A stretch of DNA of 62,391 bases, the filler included. It is 14 parts of 14 records of this genome, joined end to end, with 100 filler letters (N's around TTAATTAATTAA, not from the genome) between each part and the next. Parts side by side here need not be neighbours in the genome. Positions count along the whole stretch, not along the records: positions 23,703 to 28,015 come from SRR15195285_15375; positions 28,116 to 32,337 come from SRR15195285_15424; positions 32,438 to 36,105 come from SRR15195285_15439; positions 36,206 to 41,802 come from SRR15195285_15450; 10 more parts are not named here. The stretch is one strand, 5' to 3'. This document shows positions 25,850 to 36,539 of the stretch, piece after piece. The stretch's first letter is position 1. Every line of letters begins with the position of its first letter. A program made the position numbers and the translations under genes. The notes beneath the pieces are model-generated. The model did not search any database. It had not been told where the DNA came from and saw nothing but the letters and a program-made list of their open reading frames with translations.

Positions 25850-27891
25850 CTATAATTTTGGCCACGTGTACATCCATACCAACGCGCGCACGTGTGTGGG
25901 CGCTGTAAAGCATCCCGTCTCGTCTGCATTCTTGCGGGACTCATTGCTGTCAACTCGCTGCTCGTGCTCTTGCTCCATGGTCGATGCTGTCTTGCAGCAC
26001 ATAATGCCGTCGAGGCTATTATCGATCGTGGCGTCGCAAACTCCCGACCCAGCTTTCACCATCAGCGTCCCACAGTCGGCACTGCCCTCTCCAGCAGGAG
26101 CACATGCATTTGAGCTTTGCGGCCAGAGAGCAGTCTGGCAGGTCGGTACCTCGCAATCTTTGCCACAGCACAACGCTTCTCCTCCCCATTGAGTTGGGGT
26201 GACGCCCCTGCAGCCATTGTCAAGCGCTAGGGCTGTCTTATTCGGGCAGAATTCGTGGTCTGTGCTGTTATGGGTGTCCAGTGGTGCATGGCTCATAGCT
26301 GCTGCCCATGCGCCCCAGCTGCCGCCGCACTGCGCTGCGGTGATCTCCTTCATGTATCTAGAGCGCGCCCCTGGACTGCCACCGCTTAGACAGGGTTCCC
26401 AACCATCTGCGCATGCATCGGCGGGTACAGCACAGTGCGGCTTGGGGAGACCGCCGGTACAGTTGCCTGTACGAGCTGCTCGCATGCTCTGTTTCCCATC
26501 CCAGGATACACCACAGCCATGAACGCTGGTAGTTTCGCAGAAAGCTTCGCAAGTGCCGTCCGCACAACCAATTTCTTGCGGTGGGCCAGGAGGACCAAAA
26601 GGAGGGGGAGGGGCAGGTGGCAGTGGATGCTCGCCACACTTATTGATGCTCGGCCAAGTGATGTACCCTGCGCATCCATTGTCCCAACCGAACTGCCCAC
26701 CGTCGTCTACGCCAACCATTTCTGCGTCGAAAAATCGATAGCCGCTGAAACGTTCCACAGCAGAAGGCTTCGCGTCGTAATCAGCACTAAAGTGGAGGAT
26801 CCCAGAGCTCGGATGCTGGTACGGTGCGCCTTCCTTTTCGCACACACCTTCGCCTGGGTAAAGGTCAGGTGGCGTCGGGTTATATCCAGGCGCGATGATG
26901 CTAAACCCATAGGCAGAATCAAAGAAATCCTCGAGACCTACGAGTGTTTCGGTAGGGCCCAAGGCAGTATGGTTGGATAGTTAGTAGAATTGAATAGAAA
27001 CACGCGGACATGTAAAGAATGGATCGCATTTGTACCTGTCCCAAGCACCTGCCCAGGTAGCTGCTCGGTCGAGTTGCGCAGTAGATGCCAGCACCCTTCG
27101 ACGTAGTTGTTCGTGGTAGAGAGTTGCCCTTTGTGGCGAGTTCCCCACGGAGGAGAGGCAGTGAGTCCAAGCGTCACCATGAACAAGAGAGCCTCCTTGC
27201 CTTTGCTCACGTTGAAAAGTGGGGTAAAGGCACCAGGCGCTGCGATGATGTCTGTGTGCTGCAGCTCCATGCGCGCGCCTGCTGGCAACGCAAACCCCGA
27301 CGGCAGGACGATCGTGGATGTCCCTGCTGGAGCCTCGTGCCCACGGAGAATGCAGTAGAGCTGCACGCACGCCCCTGGCTTGGGCGTGGCACCGGCGCGT
27401 GGGCCAACGGACGCGCTCACCACAACCGATTGGTTAAATGGTAGCTTGTAGTAGTTGAACCACGCCGAAGTCAATGCGTTCTTCCCCATTTTGTCGCCTG
27501 CAGCGTACATGCTGCTGTTGCCGGTAGCTGCCCGCGTTCCATCGGTCCACTCGGAGCTGTTCCCGAGCTGCACGGCGCCAAACATCTGGCCGGCCATCTG
27601 CGCAGGGTTGAAAGCAATCGATGGCGTCGACTCACCGTCAAACCTGTACGAGATGACAAGCTCCACGCCTGCCGCAGCCTGTTGCTCCTCGCTCGAGCCG
27701 GTCGTCCAAAAGTGATCCATCACACCGACGCGCGCTGGTGACTCCACGGTGTGCTGCAGCAAGGTCGCCGGCCTCCCCACACAGACCGGTTGGTCCGCTC
27801 CACGCCCAAAGCTGCGCACACCATGCGCCGCTGATGCACTGGCGCTCGCGAGCACCAGGCGTAGCACGAGGGACGTCCGTGTTGCCACCAT
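25850..27891 (-). CDS. Secreted DUF2961/GH172-like glycoside hydrolase with an inserted Cys-rich module; complement(join(25850..26937,27036..27891))
   Basis: Signal peptide. Motifs GVMDHFWTTG, YRFDGESTPSI, WFNYYKLPF and NYVEGC. Intron 26938-27035 restores GTGLEDFFDSAYGF. Confidence 0.75.
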
Positions 27892-28470
27892 GAGCCCCGC
27901 CACGTCGTTCGTTATTGTACTGGCACACCCTACTCGAGCTCCCCGTCCCTGGCGGCGGCGTCCCTCCTGGGCACTCCCCGGCGCGAGGCCATGACAATGT
28001 GATTCTTAGGTCGGGNNNNNNNNNNNNNNNNNNNNNNNNNNNNNNNNNNNNNNNNNNNNTTAATTAATTAANNNNNNNNNNNNNNNNNNNNNNNNNNNNN
28101 NNNNNNNNNNNNNNNAGCAAGCGCCGCGCGTGACCCACTTCATAAGATGTACCGGTACTTCGGTACAATTGAATAAACCGATCATGTCATGTCATGTCAT
28201 GTTGCATCAGGCAGCCCAGACAATAGTGCGATCAGAATCAAAAAGATAATAAAACTCAGTGGCAGTGGATGCCCGTGCCCCGGCGTGCCGGCTGGACCGT
28301 GGACATACTCTAACGATACGGCCGCCGCGGCGCCGGAATCGGCGGATACGGAACTCGCGGAACCTGCTGCTCCAGGAGCTGGTGGCGAGCTCTTCATCCG
28401 TCGGGCTCGCTGAGTCCGTCCGAGTGAGCACGGCGAGGAGGGCGGCTGGTGGTGCAGCAGACGCCCGACG

Positions 28471-29976
28471 ATGAGCTCTCCCGCTCTGAAGTTCGAGGTG
28501 GTGGCGCGGCACGGCAAGGCGCGAGCGTCGCGTATGACGCTGCCGCACTACACTGCCCACACCCCGATGTTCATGCCGGTTGGGACGCAGGGGACGGTCA
28601 AGGGCCTGACCAGCCACCAGTTGGAGGAGCTGGACTGCCACGTCATTCTAGGCAACACATACCATCTGGGGCTGCGGCCTGGAGGGGACTTGCTGGAGAA
28701 AATGGGCGGACTGCACAAGCTGATGCGCTGGGACCGTGGCATGCTGACGGACTCGGGCGGGTTCCAGATGGTGTCGCTGCTGCACCTGGCAGAGATCACC
28801 GAGCAAGGTGTCAAATTCCAGAGTCCACACGACGGCTCGGAGATGATGCTCACCCCTGAAGAGTCCATGCACATCCAAAACCAGATCGGTGCGGATATCA
28901 TGATGGCGCTGGATGACGTGGTTCACTCAACGACTGGGGAGAAGGAGCTGGAGATGGAGTACAACGGATACACTGGAGGTATGGCGCGCGTTGCCGAGGC
29001 GACCGACCGCACGACGCGCTGGCTCGACCGCTGCATAGCCGCGCACAAGCGCCCAAACGAGCAGAATCTCTTCGCCATTATCCAGGGTGGCCTCGACAAG
29101 GACCTGCGCAAGAAGTCTCTGGATGATTTGATCGCGCGGAACACGCCCGGGTACGCTATCGGCGGCCTCAGTGGCGGAGAGGCGAAGAGCGAGTTCTGGC
29201 GGGTGGTTGATCAGTGCACCGACCACTTGCCGGAGGACAAGCCGCGCTACTGCATGGGCGTGGGCTTTCCACTTGACCTTGTTGTGTGCTCCTCGCTCGG
29301 CGTAGACATGTGTGACTGCGTCTATCCGACGCGCACAGCGCGCTTCGGGACCGCACTAACATGGGGCACCCACAGCCCGCCGGACCCCGACAAGTCGCCG
29401 AATGACTCTGGGGCGTGTGTGCTGAGGCTGAAGGGTGCTGCGATGGCGGCAGACCTGCGGCCAGTCGATGAGACCTGCGAATGCGCGGTGTGCAAGACAT
29501 TTAGCCGTGCTTATCTGCACCAGCTGTTCTGCGCACGGTCCGAGGTGGCGGCGTCGCTCCTGACCTACCACAACGTCTACTACATGATGCGGCTGATGCG
29601 TACCTTGCGGCAATCTATCATTGATGGAAACTACCCGGAGTACGTCGCCGACTTCATGCTGCGCATGTACCCCGATGGTAGGTATCCAGAGTGGGCGGCG
29701 GAGGCGCTGCAGAAAGGAGAGATTTCGTTGGTGAAAGTGGACGAGGCCACAGCGAAGGCAGCGCAGATCAAGAAGGCGCCTCGGCGGGGACAAGGAGGGC
29801 AAGGCGGGCAGAAGTCGAAGAAACGAAGCAAAAAGGAGCGTCAGGAGCAGCGGGAGCAGGAACGCAAGGCGAGGGCTGCTGAGTACGCAGTAGCCTCAGC
29901 TGGATCCGCCGCCACGTCGGCGGAGCAGCGGACAGACGGCGACCCGGTTCCCCCAAAGCGCACTCGAAATGGATAA
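28471..29976 (+). CDS. QTRT1: Queuine tRNA-ribosyltransferase catalytic subunit (eukaryotic TGT)
   Basis: TPMFMPVGTQGTVKG, ILGNTYHL, MLTDSGGFQMVSL, IMMALDD, AIGGLSGGE, PRYCMGVG, DCVYPTRTARFG, Zn site CECAVC...HN. Intronless, with a basic C-terminal tail. Confidence 0.97.
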   Translation: MSSPALKFEVVARHGKARASRMTLPHYTAHTPMFMPVGTQGTVKGLTSHQLEELDCHVILGNTYHLGLRPGGDLLEKMGGLHKLMRWDRGMLTDSGGFQMVSLLHLAEITEQGVKFQSPHDGSEMMLTPEESMHIQNQIGADIMMALDDVVHSTTGEKELEMEYNGYTGGMARVAEATDRTTRWLDRCIAAHKRPNEQNLFAIIQGGLDKDLRKKSLDDLIARNTPGYAIGGLSGGEAKSEFWRVVDQCTDHLPEDKPRYCMGVGFPLDLVVCSSLGVDMCDCVYPTRTARFGTALTWGTHSPPDPDKSPNDSGACVLRLKGAAMAADLRPVDETCECAVCKTFSRAYLHQLFCARSEVAASLLTYHNVYYMMRLMRTLRQSIIDGNYPEYVADFMLRMYPDGRYPEWAAEALQKGEISLVKVDEATAKAAQIKKAPRRGQGGQGGQKSKKRSKKERQEQREQERKARAAEYAVASAGSAATSAEQRTDGDPVPPKRTRNG

Positions 29977-30147
29977 CACGGACCAAGCTAGACAAACCAA
30001 AGCCGGCTCGCTCTCTGTTTTGTCAGCCTCTAGATGCTCGCATCGCGAGTGTCAGACCCCACCGACACTGCCTGGCTCTTTTGCTGCAAACACGGCACGC
30101 ACTAGACCGGGTTTCGGTAGATCCGATGTGGCAGAACGGGCCGATAT

Positions 30148-30717
30148 TTATGCAACCCAGCTCTGTTCGACCACCTCCTTCACCCGCTTCGCGTACTCCC
30201 TGCGGTTCTCCTGCCACAGCCGTGCAGCCTCTGCGTTGGCTGGCGAATTCGGATTCGGGTCGTTCAGCAGCGACTGGATCGAGGTCAGGATCGCCGCGAT
30301 GTCATAGATCGGACTCCACTGGTTCTGTAAGATATCTAGGCAGATGGCACCGTCAGCGTACACGTTCGGGTGGAAGATTTTGGACACAAACTTGACCTTC
30401 GGTGGCTTGTTCGGGTAGTCCTGCACTCGCGAGTGGCCACAGGCTTCCGTGGTGAGCAGGCGTGGTGAGCAGGCGCAGCGTCGCGCAGCGGAGAAGCGCG
30501 GGCAGCGGCCGCGGCCGGGCGTGCGCTGGCGCACCTCGGTGAATTCCAGCGTGAGTTTGAAGGTCCCCCCATCCCACGGGGTGTCGTCCGGGCCGAAGAT
30601 GACGCCATTCCACTTCATAATGTCATTCTCCTGCGGCGCGGCGGAGACGCCGCTGGGCGGATCCTTCTGCAGCCGCTTGAAGTCCTTCACCAGCCGCCGC
30701 TTCGCTGGAGTCGTCAT
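30148..30717 (-). CDS. UBC2: Ubiquitin-conjugating enzyme E2 (RAD6/UBC2); complement(join(30148..30420,30535..30717)), 151 aa
   Basis: [21 protein letters not shown]...[25 protein letters not shown]. Removing intron 30421-30534 restores FTEDYPNKPP. Confidence 0.97.
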   Translation of the reverse strand: MTTPAKRRLVKDFKRLQKDPPSGVSAAPQENDIMKWNGVIFGPDDTPWDGGTFKLTLEFTEVRQRTPGRGRCPRFSAARRCACSPRLLTTEACGHSRVQDYPNKPPKVKFVSKIFHPNVYADGAICLDILQNQWSPIYDIAAILTSIQSLLNDPNPNSPANAEAARLWQENRREYAKRVKEVVEQSWVA

Positions 30718-31170
30718 CGAGAGCCCCCGACCTTCCTACACCGCAGCACCTAGCGCATCTCCCTCTCCCGCCCCCGCCACCTCGCCCTGTCCACTGTAGC
30801 CCCGCCCTGTCAGCTCGAGCACAAGGGGCCGTATGAGCGTATGTGGGCGGAAATCACTGAGACAGCGAGCGGACTGCGGTGACCGCCTCGAGTCGCTGCT
30901 TTTTTTCGCGCGGCAGTATTGAAATTGCGATTGTTCGTCGAGGATCCGCTGCCACGTGCCCACCGGTCGGGGCGGTGTGCTCTCGAAAACATGCTTGTTT
31001 GCTTGACAATCACAATTCTACAATGGGCTGTCTCACCGCAAGCGCCGGAATACATTTGCGATTTGCCGCGCCGGCGAGGGGACGGAGCGCGGCGCGCGCG
31101 CCGCGGGGATCGGATCGCGCGCGCGCCTGCCCGCTACCACGCGCTCTCCAGAGCCCGCGAGCTGCGTGAG

Positions 31171-32306
31171 ATGAGAAGGGCCAGCTTCGGACCCGCATGG
31201 GGGCTTGCGGTGGCAGTATATATGTACGGGGCAGCGGTGCAGGGCCTTAGTGCAGCAGCGGCGCCAGCGGCTCCGACTGGCAGCAAGCCAAACGTCGTCA
31301 TGATCGTAATTGACGGTACAAGTCCCAACTAGCAACTGCCGCCGGCCGACGACACCTGAGTTCAGTCCACAACACCTCAATTTTGTGTGCTTGCAGACCT
31401 CGGGTTCGACGACATGGGATTCCGTATGGAGCTCAACGGCCAGCCTGCTCAGATCAACACGAAGAACGTGGACAAGCTGGCGCGCGAGGGTGTAGTGCTC
31501 GACGCGTACTACGTGCAGTGCGTCTGCTCGCCTTCGAGGGTGACGTTTCTCACGTAAGTCACCAGCGCTCGAAACACGAGTTGCCCAGCTGTCTCAAGCG
31601 GTACGCATTAGCTGCTCTACTAAAACACGGTTGCTGTGATGGGTGGGGTGGTGGGCGGGCGGCATCTGCGATCAGTGGCCGGTACCCTCTGCACCACGGC
31701 ATCAACGATTGGATCCCGCCTTCTTCGTCATACGGCATGCCGCTGAACGAGACCACCATAGCCGATCACTTCAAGTCTGCTGGCTTCAAGACGCACGCCA
31801 TAGGTAAGCCGCGTTGTTTTTCTGTCTTCTGTCACGTACCAATGATTTGCTGGTGTGGCGAGCAGGCAAGTGGCATGCTGGGTTTTACACGGACGAATTC
31901 ACACCCACGTTCAGGGGCTTTGATAGTAAGTCGTGACACCAGCACGCACGTCCAGCAGCAGCAGGAGCACATTTCGCTTTCATTCTCATTGGAGCCCCTA
32001 CGGCTGTGTTCGCGATATGTGTGTACGTAGGCTTCTATGGCTTCTACACTGGTGGCGAAGACTAGTAAGTTCCCTGCGCACCTGTCATCAAGGTTGCAGG
32101 TGCTCCTATAACTCTCGGCCTTCGGTACAGTTTCACCCACAATGCTGGTGGCTACGATTTTCACCGCGATCCTGAGCCCAGGTGCCACCAGTCTAACTGC
32201 TCACAGGTTGCATGGGAGGACAAGGGCAAGTACAGCACGATCGCGTTTGCAGAGGAAGCAGTCAAAGTCATTCAGACACACCCAACAGCTTCTCCACTAT
32301 TCATGT
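31171..32306 (+). CDS. Arylsulfatase B-like S1 sulfatase (3' partial); exons 31171..31315,31397..31553,31676..31803,31866..31925,32031..32064,32131..32306
   Basis: Signal peptide, KPNVVMIVIDDLGFDD, FGly motif CSPSRVTFLTGRYP, AIGKWHAG and PTFRGFDSFYGFY after splicing five GT-AG introns. Confidence 0.92.
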
Positions 32307-32545
32307 GTAAGTGTTTCAGCGCTCCCACAGTTTCAGCNNNNNNNNNNNNNNNNNNNNNNNNNNNNNNNNNNNNNNNNNNNNTTAATTAATTAANNNNNNN
32401 NNNNNNNNNNNNNNNNNNNNNNNNNNNNNNNNNNNNNCTAGGCAATTACTTGCACGGCCTTCATTGACACCAAATTCCATCATTTTCGCTACATACACAG
32501 CCAACCGTGACGAGCAGGGTCACTCCTCCATTGGTATGCGTCAAG

Positions 32546-35500
32546 TTAGCATGACACATCCGCATCCAAGCACCTAGCATCGTTGATCAGGCCCAATCTC
32601 CTGGTGGTGCAATCAGTGCCAAAACCACTAGATTCTACGCAGTCGCAACCAAACATACCATGTCCTGTACAGATCCCGTCGTGCACATCCATTTTGATTT
32701 GGGACCGACATTGCTTGGGAGCGATGTCACAGTAAGGACCCCGGTACCGCTGACTACACGATCGTTTTGTTGCTGCCACAGTGAAATCGTCACCAGTGAC
32801 GGTGGCGCCTAACACTGCATTCTGGCAGTTGGCTCCTATACAGCGTAGAAAAGTACCCGAGTCCGCACAACACGATCCCGGTGATCCATTGCATGTTGAG
32901 CTGTTGCGTTCGCACCCATGTGGGAACGCTGGCATGGTCTGATGACAGTTGTAATCACGTGTAAACCACGAGCAATACGTGCGAACCGACCCGTCGCAGC
33001 TTCCCATCGGCCCAATGTCGTGTCGTCCATCTACAGTCATGCCTGAGAGCTCACCATCACACTTCACCATGTCAACATGGGCAAGTCCAGACACGTTGAA
33101 GGTCCTAGTGTTCGCGTGGCAACCCGTCATACTTAAGTTCGTACTTCCGTAAGCTACTAGCTCTGCTTTGGCTAATGTGACGCCATTCATCGCGACAGTA
33201 GCGTGGTCCATATTCACAGCCCCCTCGAGAGCAATGTTATTGAATGTCACCGTTGCATGGCTGATCTGGACGAAACCGGCAATGCTGAAATCGGTTAGTG
33301 TAGCCACAGACTCCTGAATTGAGAGGGTTTGAAGAGTGCCATGGCATTGATTCATCTTGAGACGCGTGCTTTCCTCGACAATTAGCTGTGCGTCACTGAA
33401 CGTGAGCGAGTCAAGCCGGACCTCACTAGCATTGGCCAAATGGATTTTGCCTTCAAATGATACAGTCGTCACAACATCAGCAGCAAACGACGAGTCTGCA
33501 ACATCGATGTCCGTCACAGTCCCACTGCACTTCTCAAGACTCAGCCGCCCATTTGTATGAGCCGACAGGGTAGCATTTAAGTTTACGTTCACGAGGGCTA
33601 CGGAAGTGCCCTCGCCATCAACAGCAACGACGCCAGTGGAGAGTTCACCTCCTGCCAAAGTCAGCTGGCCTCCATATACAAGAAAACTCGTTGCGTCAGT
33701 TTGCAGGTCAGAGCCAGTACCACTCACATAAGCTCCGCTCATGAGCACTTCTCGCAAATTGAATTTCTTCCCAGTCAATCTGACAACTGCGCCTGGAAGT
33801 ATGCTCAGGGAAGTCATTCCGCACGTTGCGCTACCGGTGCACTGTAGACTCAATACAGCGAGGTGACCACCTGACATAGTGAGCTCTCCATTTGAGAGGG
33901 CAATCATCGACGACGTTGTCACGTTGACAGCGCATGCCACCTGCAAATCGGTCAAGTGAGCTCCACTGACGGCATCAGCGCCACACAAAGCTACAGACTG
34001 CATATTTAGTTCTCCGCCTGATTCCACTTGAAGCAGGGCACCTCGAGAAATCGCAGACGCTTCTATTGAGCACACTGTATTGCTGCCGATCGCAAGTTGC
34101 GCACCAGCAGTGAAAGTCTTGTGACTCAAGCTTATTGCATCAGCATTGTCGAATCTTACATTTCTGGTGAGACGTAAATTGGACGCCGGATCTATTGTGC
34201 AAGCCGCCGAGTCAACCAAGAGATCACCGATCTGCCCACTGCATTTTGTGATGTGCAGGTGGCTCCCGCTTTTCACGGTGATGTCGGTGTTACGGAGAAG
34301 AGAACCCCCGATGCTTGCAGCCGTGCCGTCAATGCTCAGTTGTGCACCGTCATCAAAAGTCTTCTGCCCCAAAGACACAGGAGCTGCATTACTGAACGCA
34401 ATGCTCCCACTGAAGTGCGCAGTTGTTTTTGGATCCACGGTAAATTTTGAATCTGCAATCGACACATTTGGTATCGTGCCTGTACAACCAGCAATGTCAA
34501 GCTCACCGTCGTTATACACGTCAAAACCGCTCACATACAAGTCAACATTGATCATCTTCAAAATTCCGTGCGAAGACACAGAAACTTTGCTGCCGCTGTG
34601 CAATTTCACGTCGGTAAGCGTAAGACCTCCGCCCTCTACAGTGATATCAGCGCCAATCTGCTCCGTTCCTGATCCAGAGATAGAGACAGACCACGTCAGC
34701 GGTACGTGTAGTGTGGAACCCCGGTGCAAATCTGTTGGTAGGACTCCCTGGAAATTGAATGAGAAGATTCCTTGCTCAGTAGGGCTTTTCGATTCGGGCC
34801 CCGCATGCATAGCAGCATGCATCGACGTTGTGTCGGGAATGCAATGCTCTGCTGCATCGTCGTGACGGAAACGATAGAATCCATGCTCGCATGCAGTACA
34901 CACGGCGACTCCACTGTCACATTCTGCCTGAGCGCATCTCACAATTGCGGACACGCACTCAGGTTCCACGAAGGTCTTTGCGAAGATTGATGCCACACCA
35001 GCGATAACCGAAGTCAGCACCGTACCGACTGCCACAAGCAGTTGTTTGCGTGTGCAACAGCAACATTTTTTGTCCAAATTCTTGGTGCACTGACTTTTGG
35101 CTTTTGCTGGTTCCTCGGAGGACAGCAGCGGGACCTCCATACCGTCAACTTCAGTAGACCGATCGCTTCCAGTAGTGGTTGGGGTCGTCGGCGGTACCTC
35201 AGCCTCGGCTTGCACCAACATGCTTCCTCGTGGCTGATATTGCTCCCCGCGGCTGGCGTACATCTCCTTGCGTAGCCGTGTGATCTCCAGTTCGCGAAAG
35301 CCGAGTTCCCTCAGCTGGTCGGTCGTGATATCGCCCAGGTCCGCAACGATCGCGGCCCCGAGGCTTTGCAAGCCACAGGAGTGTTGGGTCAGCCTCGCGC
35401 GCTCGAGCAATTGCCGTAGCTCGTCGGTGAGTGGTTCAAGCTGGTTTTGTCGCTTAGGATGCGTCTGCACTGTCAGCGGCTGTAGGCTCAAGGACTCGGC

Positions 35501-35827
35501 AACGTCAGCGCAATTAATCGACGTACCACCCTCTTGCATCAGAGAGACTGGTTGCAAAGAGTCGATTTGTGCAGCGGGGGCAGGAGGCCGTACTGGGGAT
35601 GCTGGACGTGTCACTGCCGCTGCTCCCGCGTTGGCACGTGCTACACCAGACCCACCGGGCGACGTGGAGCGCGTATTGTGCATTGAAGATACCGGGCGCG
35701 ATGCGTTGGTATCTGCCAGGGTGGTAGGGGATAGTGCTGGAGACACCGGACGCGTCACTGCAACAGCTGCGTCGTTGTGGCGTGCATCTTCTTGTCGGTC
35801 GTCAGCGTGTCCGCTCGCTCGCGGCAT
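32546..35827 (-). CDS. Type II membrane protein: SAM-like domain, single TM, beta-helix-like repeats and C-terminal EGF-like Cys-rich region
   Basis: 1093-aa intronless ORF. SAM-like LRQLLERARLTQH...DITTDQLRELGFRELEITRL, then KKCCCC and TM LLVAVGTVLTSVIAGVASIF. Repeated CxGxxxxxxxxDS units and CTGHGMFGCDC...GFGTDC. Confidence 0.75.
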   Translation of the reverse strand: MPRASGHADDRQEDARHNDAAVAVTRPVSPALSPTTLADTNASRPVSSMHNTRSTSPGGSGVARANAGAAAVTRPASPVRPPAPAAQIDSLQPVSLMQEGGTSINCADVAESLSLQPLTVQTHPKRQNQLEPLTDELRQLLERARLTQHSCGLQSLGAAIVADLGDITTDQLRELGFRELEITRLRKEMYASRGEQYQPRGSMLVQAEAEVPPTTPTTTGSDRSTEVDGMEVPLLSSEEPAKAKSQCTKNLDKKCCCCTRKQLLVAVGTVLTSVIAGVASIFAKTFVEPECVSAIVRCAQAECDSGVAVCTACEHGFYRFRHDDAAEHCIPDTTSMHAAMHAGPESKSPTEQGIFSFNFQGVLPTDLHRGSTLHVPLTWSVSISGSGTEQIGADITVEGGGLTLTDVKLHSGSKVSVSSHGILKMINVDLYVSGFDVYNDGELDIAGCTGTIPNVSIADSKFTVDPKTTAHFSGSIAFSNAAPVSLGQKTFDDGAQLSIDGTAASIGGSLLRNTDITVKSGSHLHITKCSGQIGDLLVDSAACTIDPASNLRLTRNVRFDNADAISLSHKTFTAGAQLAIGSNTVCSIEASAISRGALLQVESGGELNMQSVALCGADAVSGAHLTDLQVACAVNVTTSSMIALSNGELTMSGGHLAVLSLQCTGSATCGMTSLSILPGAVVRLTGKKFNLREVLMSGAYVSGTGSDLQTDATSFLVYGGQLTLAGGELSTGVVAVDGEGTSVALVNVNLNATLSAHTNGRLSLEKCSGTVTDIDVADSSFAADVVTTVSFEGKIHLANASEVRLDSLTFSDAQLIVEESTRLKMNQCHGTLQTLSIQESVATLTDFSIAGFVQISHATVTFNNIALEGAVNMDHATVAMNGVTLAKAELVAYGSTNLSMTGCHANTRTFNVSGLAHVDMVKCDGELSGMTVDGRHDIGPMGSCDGSVRTYCSWFTRDYNCHQTMPAFPHGCERNSSTCNGSPGSCCADSGTFLRCIGANCQNAVLGATVTGDDFTVAATKRSCSQRYRGPYCDIAPKQCRSQIKMDVHDGICTGHGMFGCDCVESSGFGTDCTTRRLGLINDARCLDADVSC

Positions 35828-36539
35828 GTTCGTATAAAGAAGCCACGGGATTATGGCACGGTTTAGCCAACCCCCTCAGCTCTTTCGACAGCTTTCTTCA
35901 GGTTACACTACGCTGTTTTCCAGGGGCTCGGCGTTTAAATGTAACCGAAAGCCCGTTGTGCAAGGCCCGACGCTGTGTACGCCGGCCAGCGCCACAACCC
36001 CGCTGCGCCGGTGGCGCCGGCCGCCGCGGCGGTGTCGTCACAGCTTCTACCTTCTTGTTCCGGTATCGGGTACTAGTATGTTCGAATTGTCTCGATTCTC
36101 CGGGANNNNNNNNNNNNNNNNNNNNNNNNNNNNNNNNNNNNNNNNNNNNTTAATTAATTAANNNNNNNNNNNNNNNNNNNNNNNNNNNNNNNNNNNNNNN
36201 NNNNNTTCCTACGAGTTTCATCGCTGGATCCAGAAATTCATGATCAAGTGCCCAGATCGAGAGATCGAGATCCATCCAGCGACACGCGCGCGCGCGACCC
36301 ACGCACCAGCATGCACTTCTTCAACTCTTCAAGTCCGCGCGCGATCCGATCCCGCGAGGCGCGTCCGGATCCGCGAGCGCGGCGCCACCCTGGCACGGCG
36401 ACTGCAGATGGTCCGACCCGCGAGTCAGCGGGCACGCACATTCGCGAGTTGATGATGATGCTCGACGTGCAAATACGCAGTGCGACTTCAAGTTCAGGCT
36501 GAGTCCGTCGAAGCCACCCTGCCCACCTGTCCCACCGCG

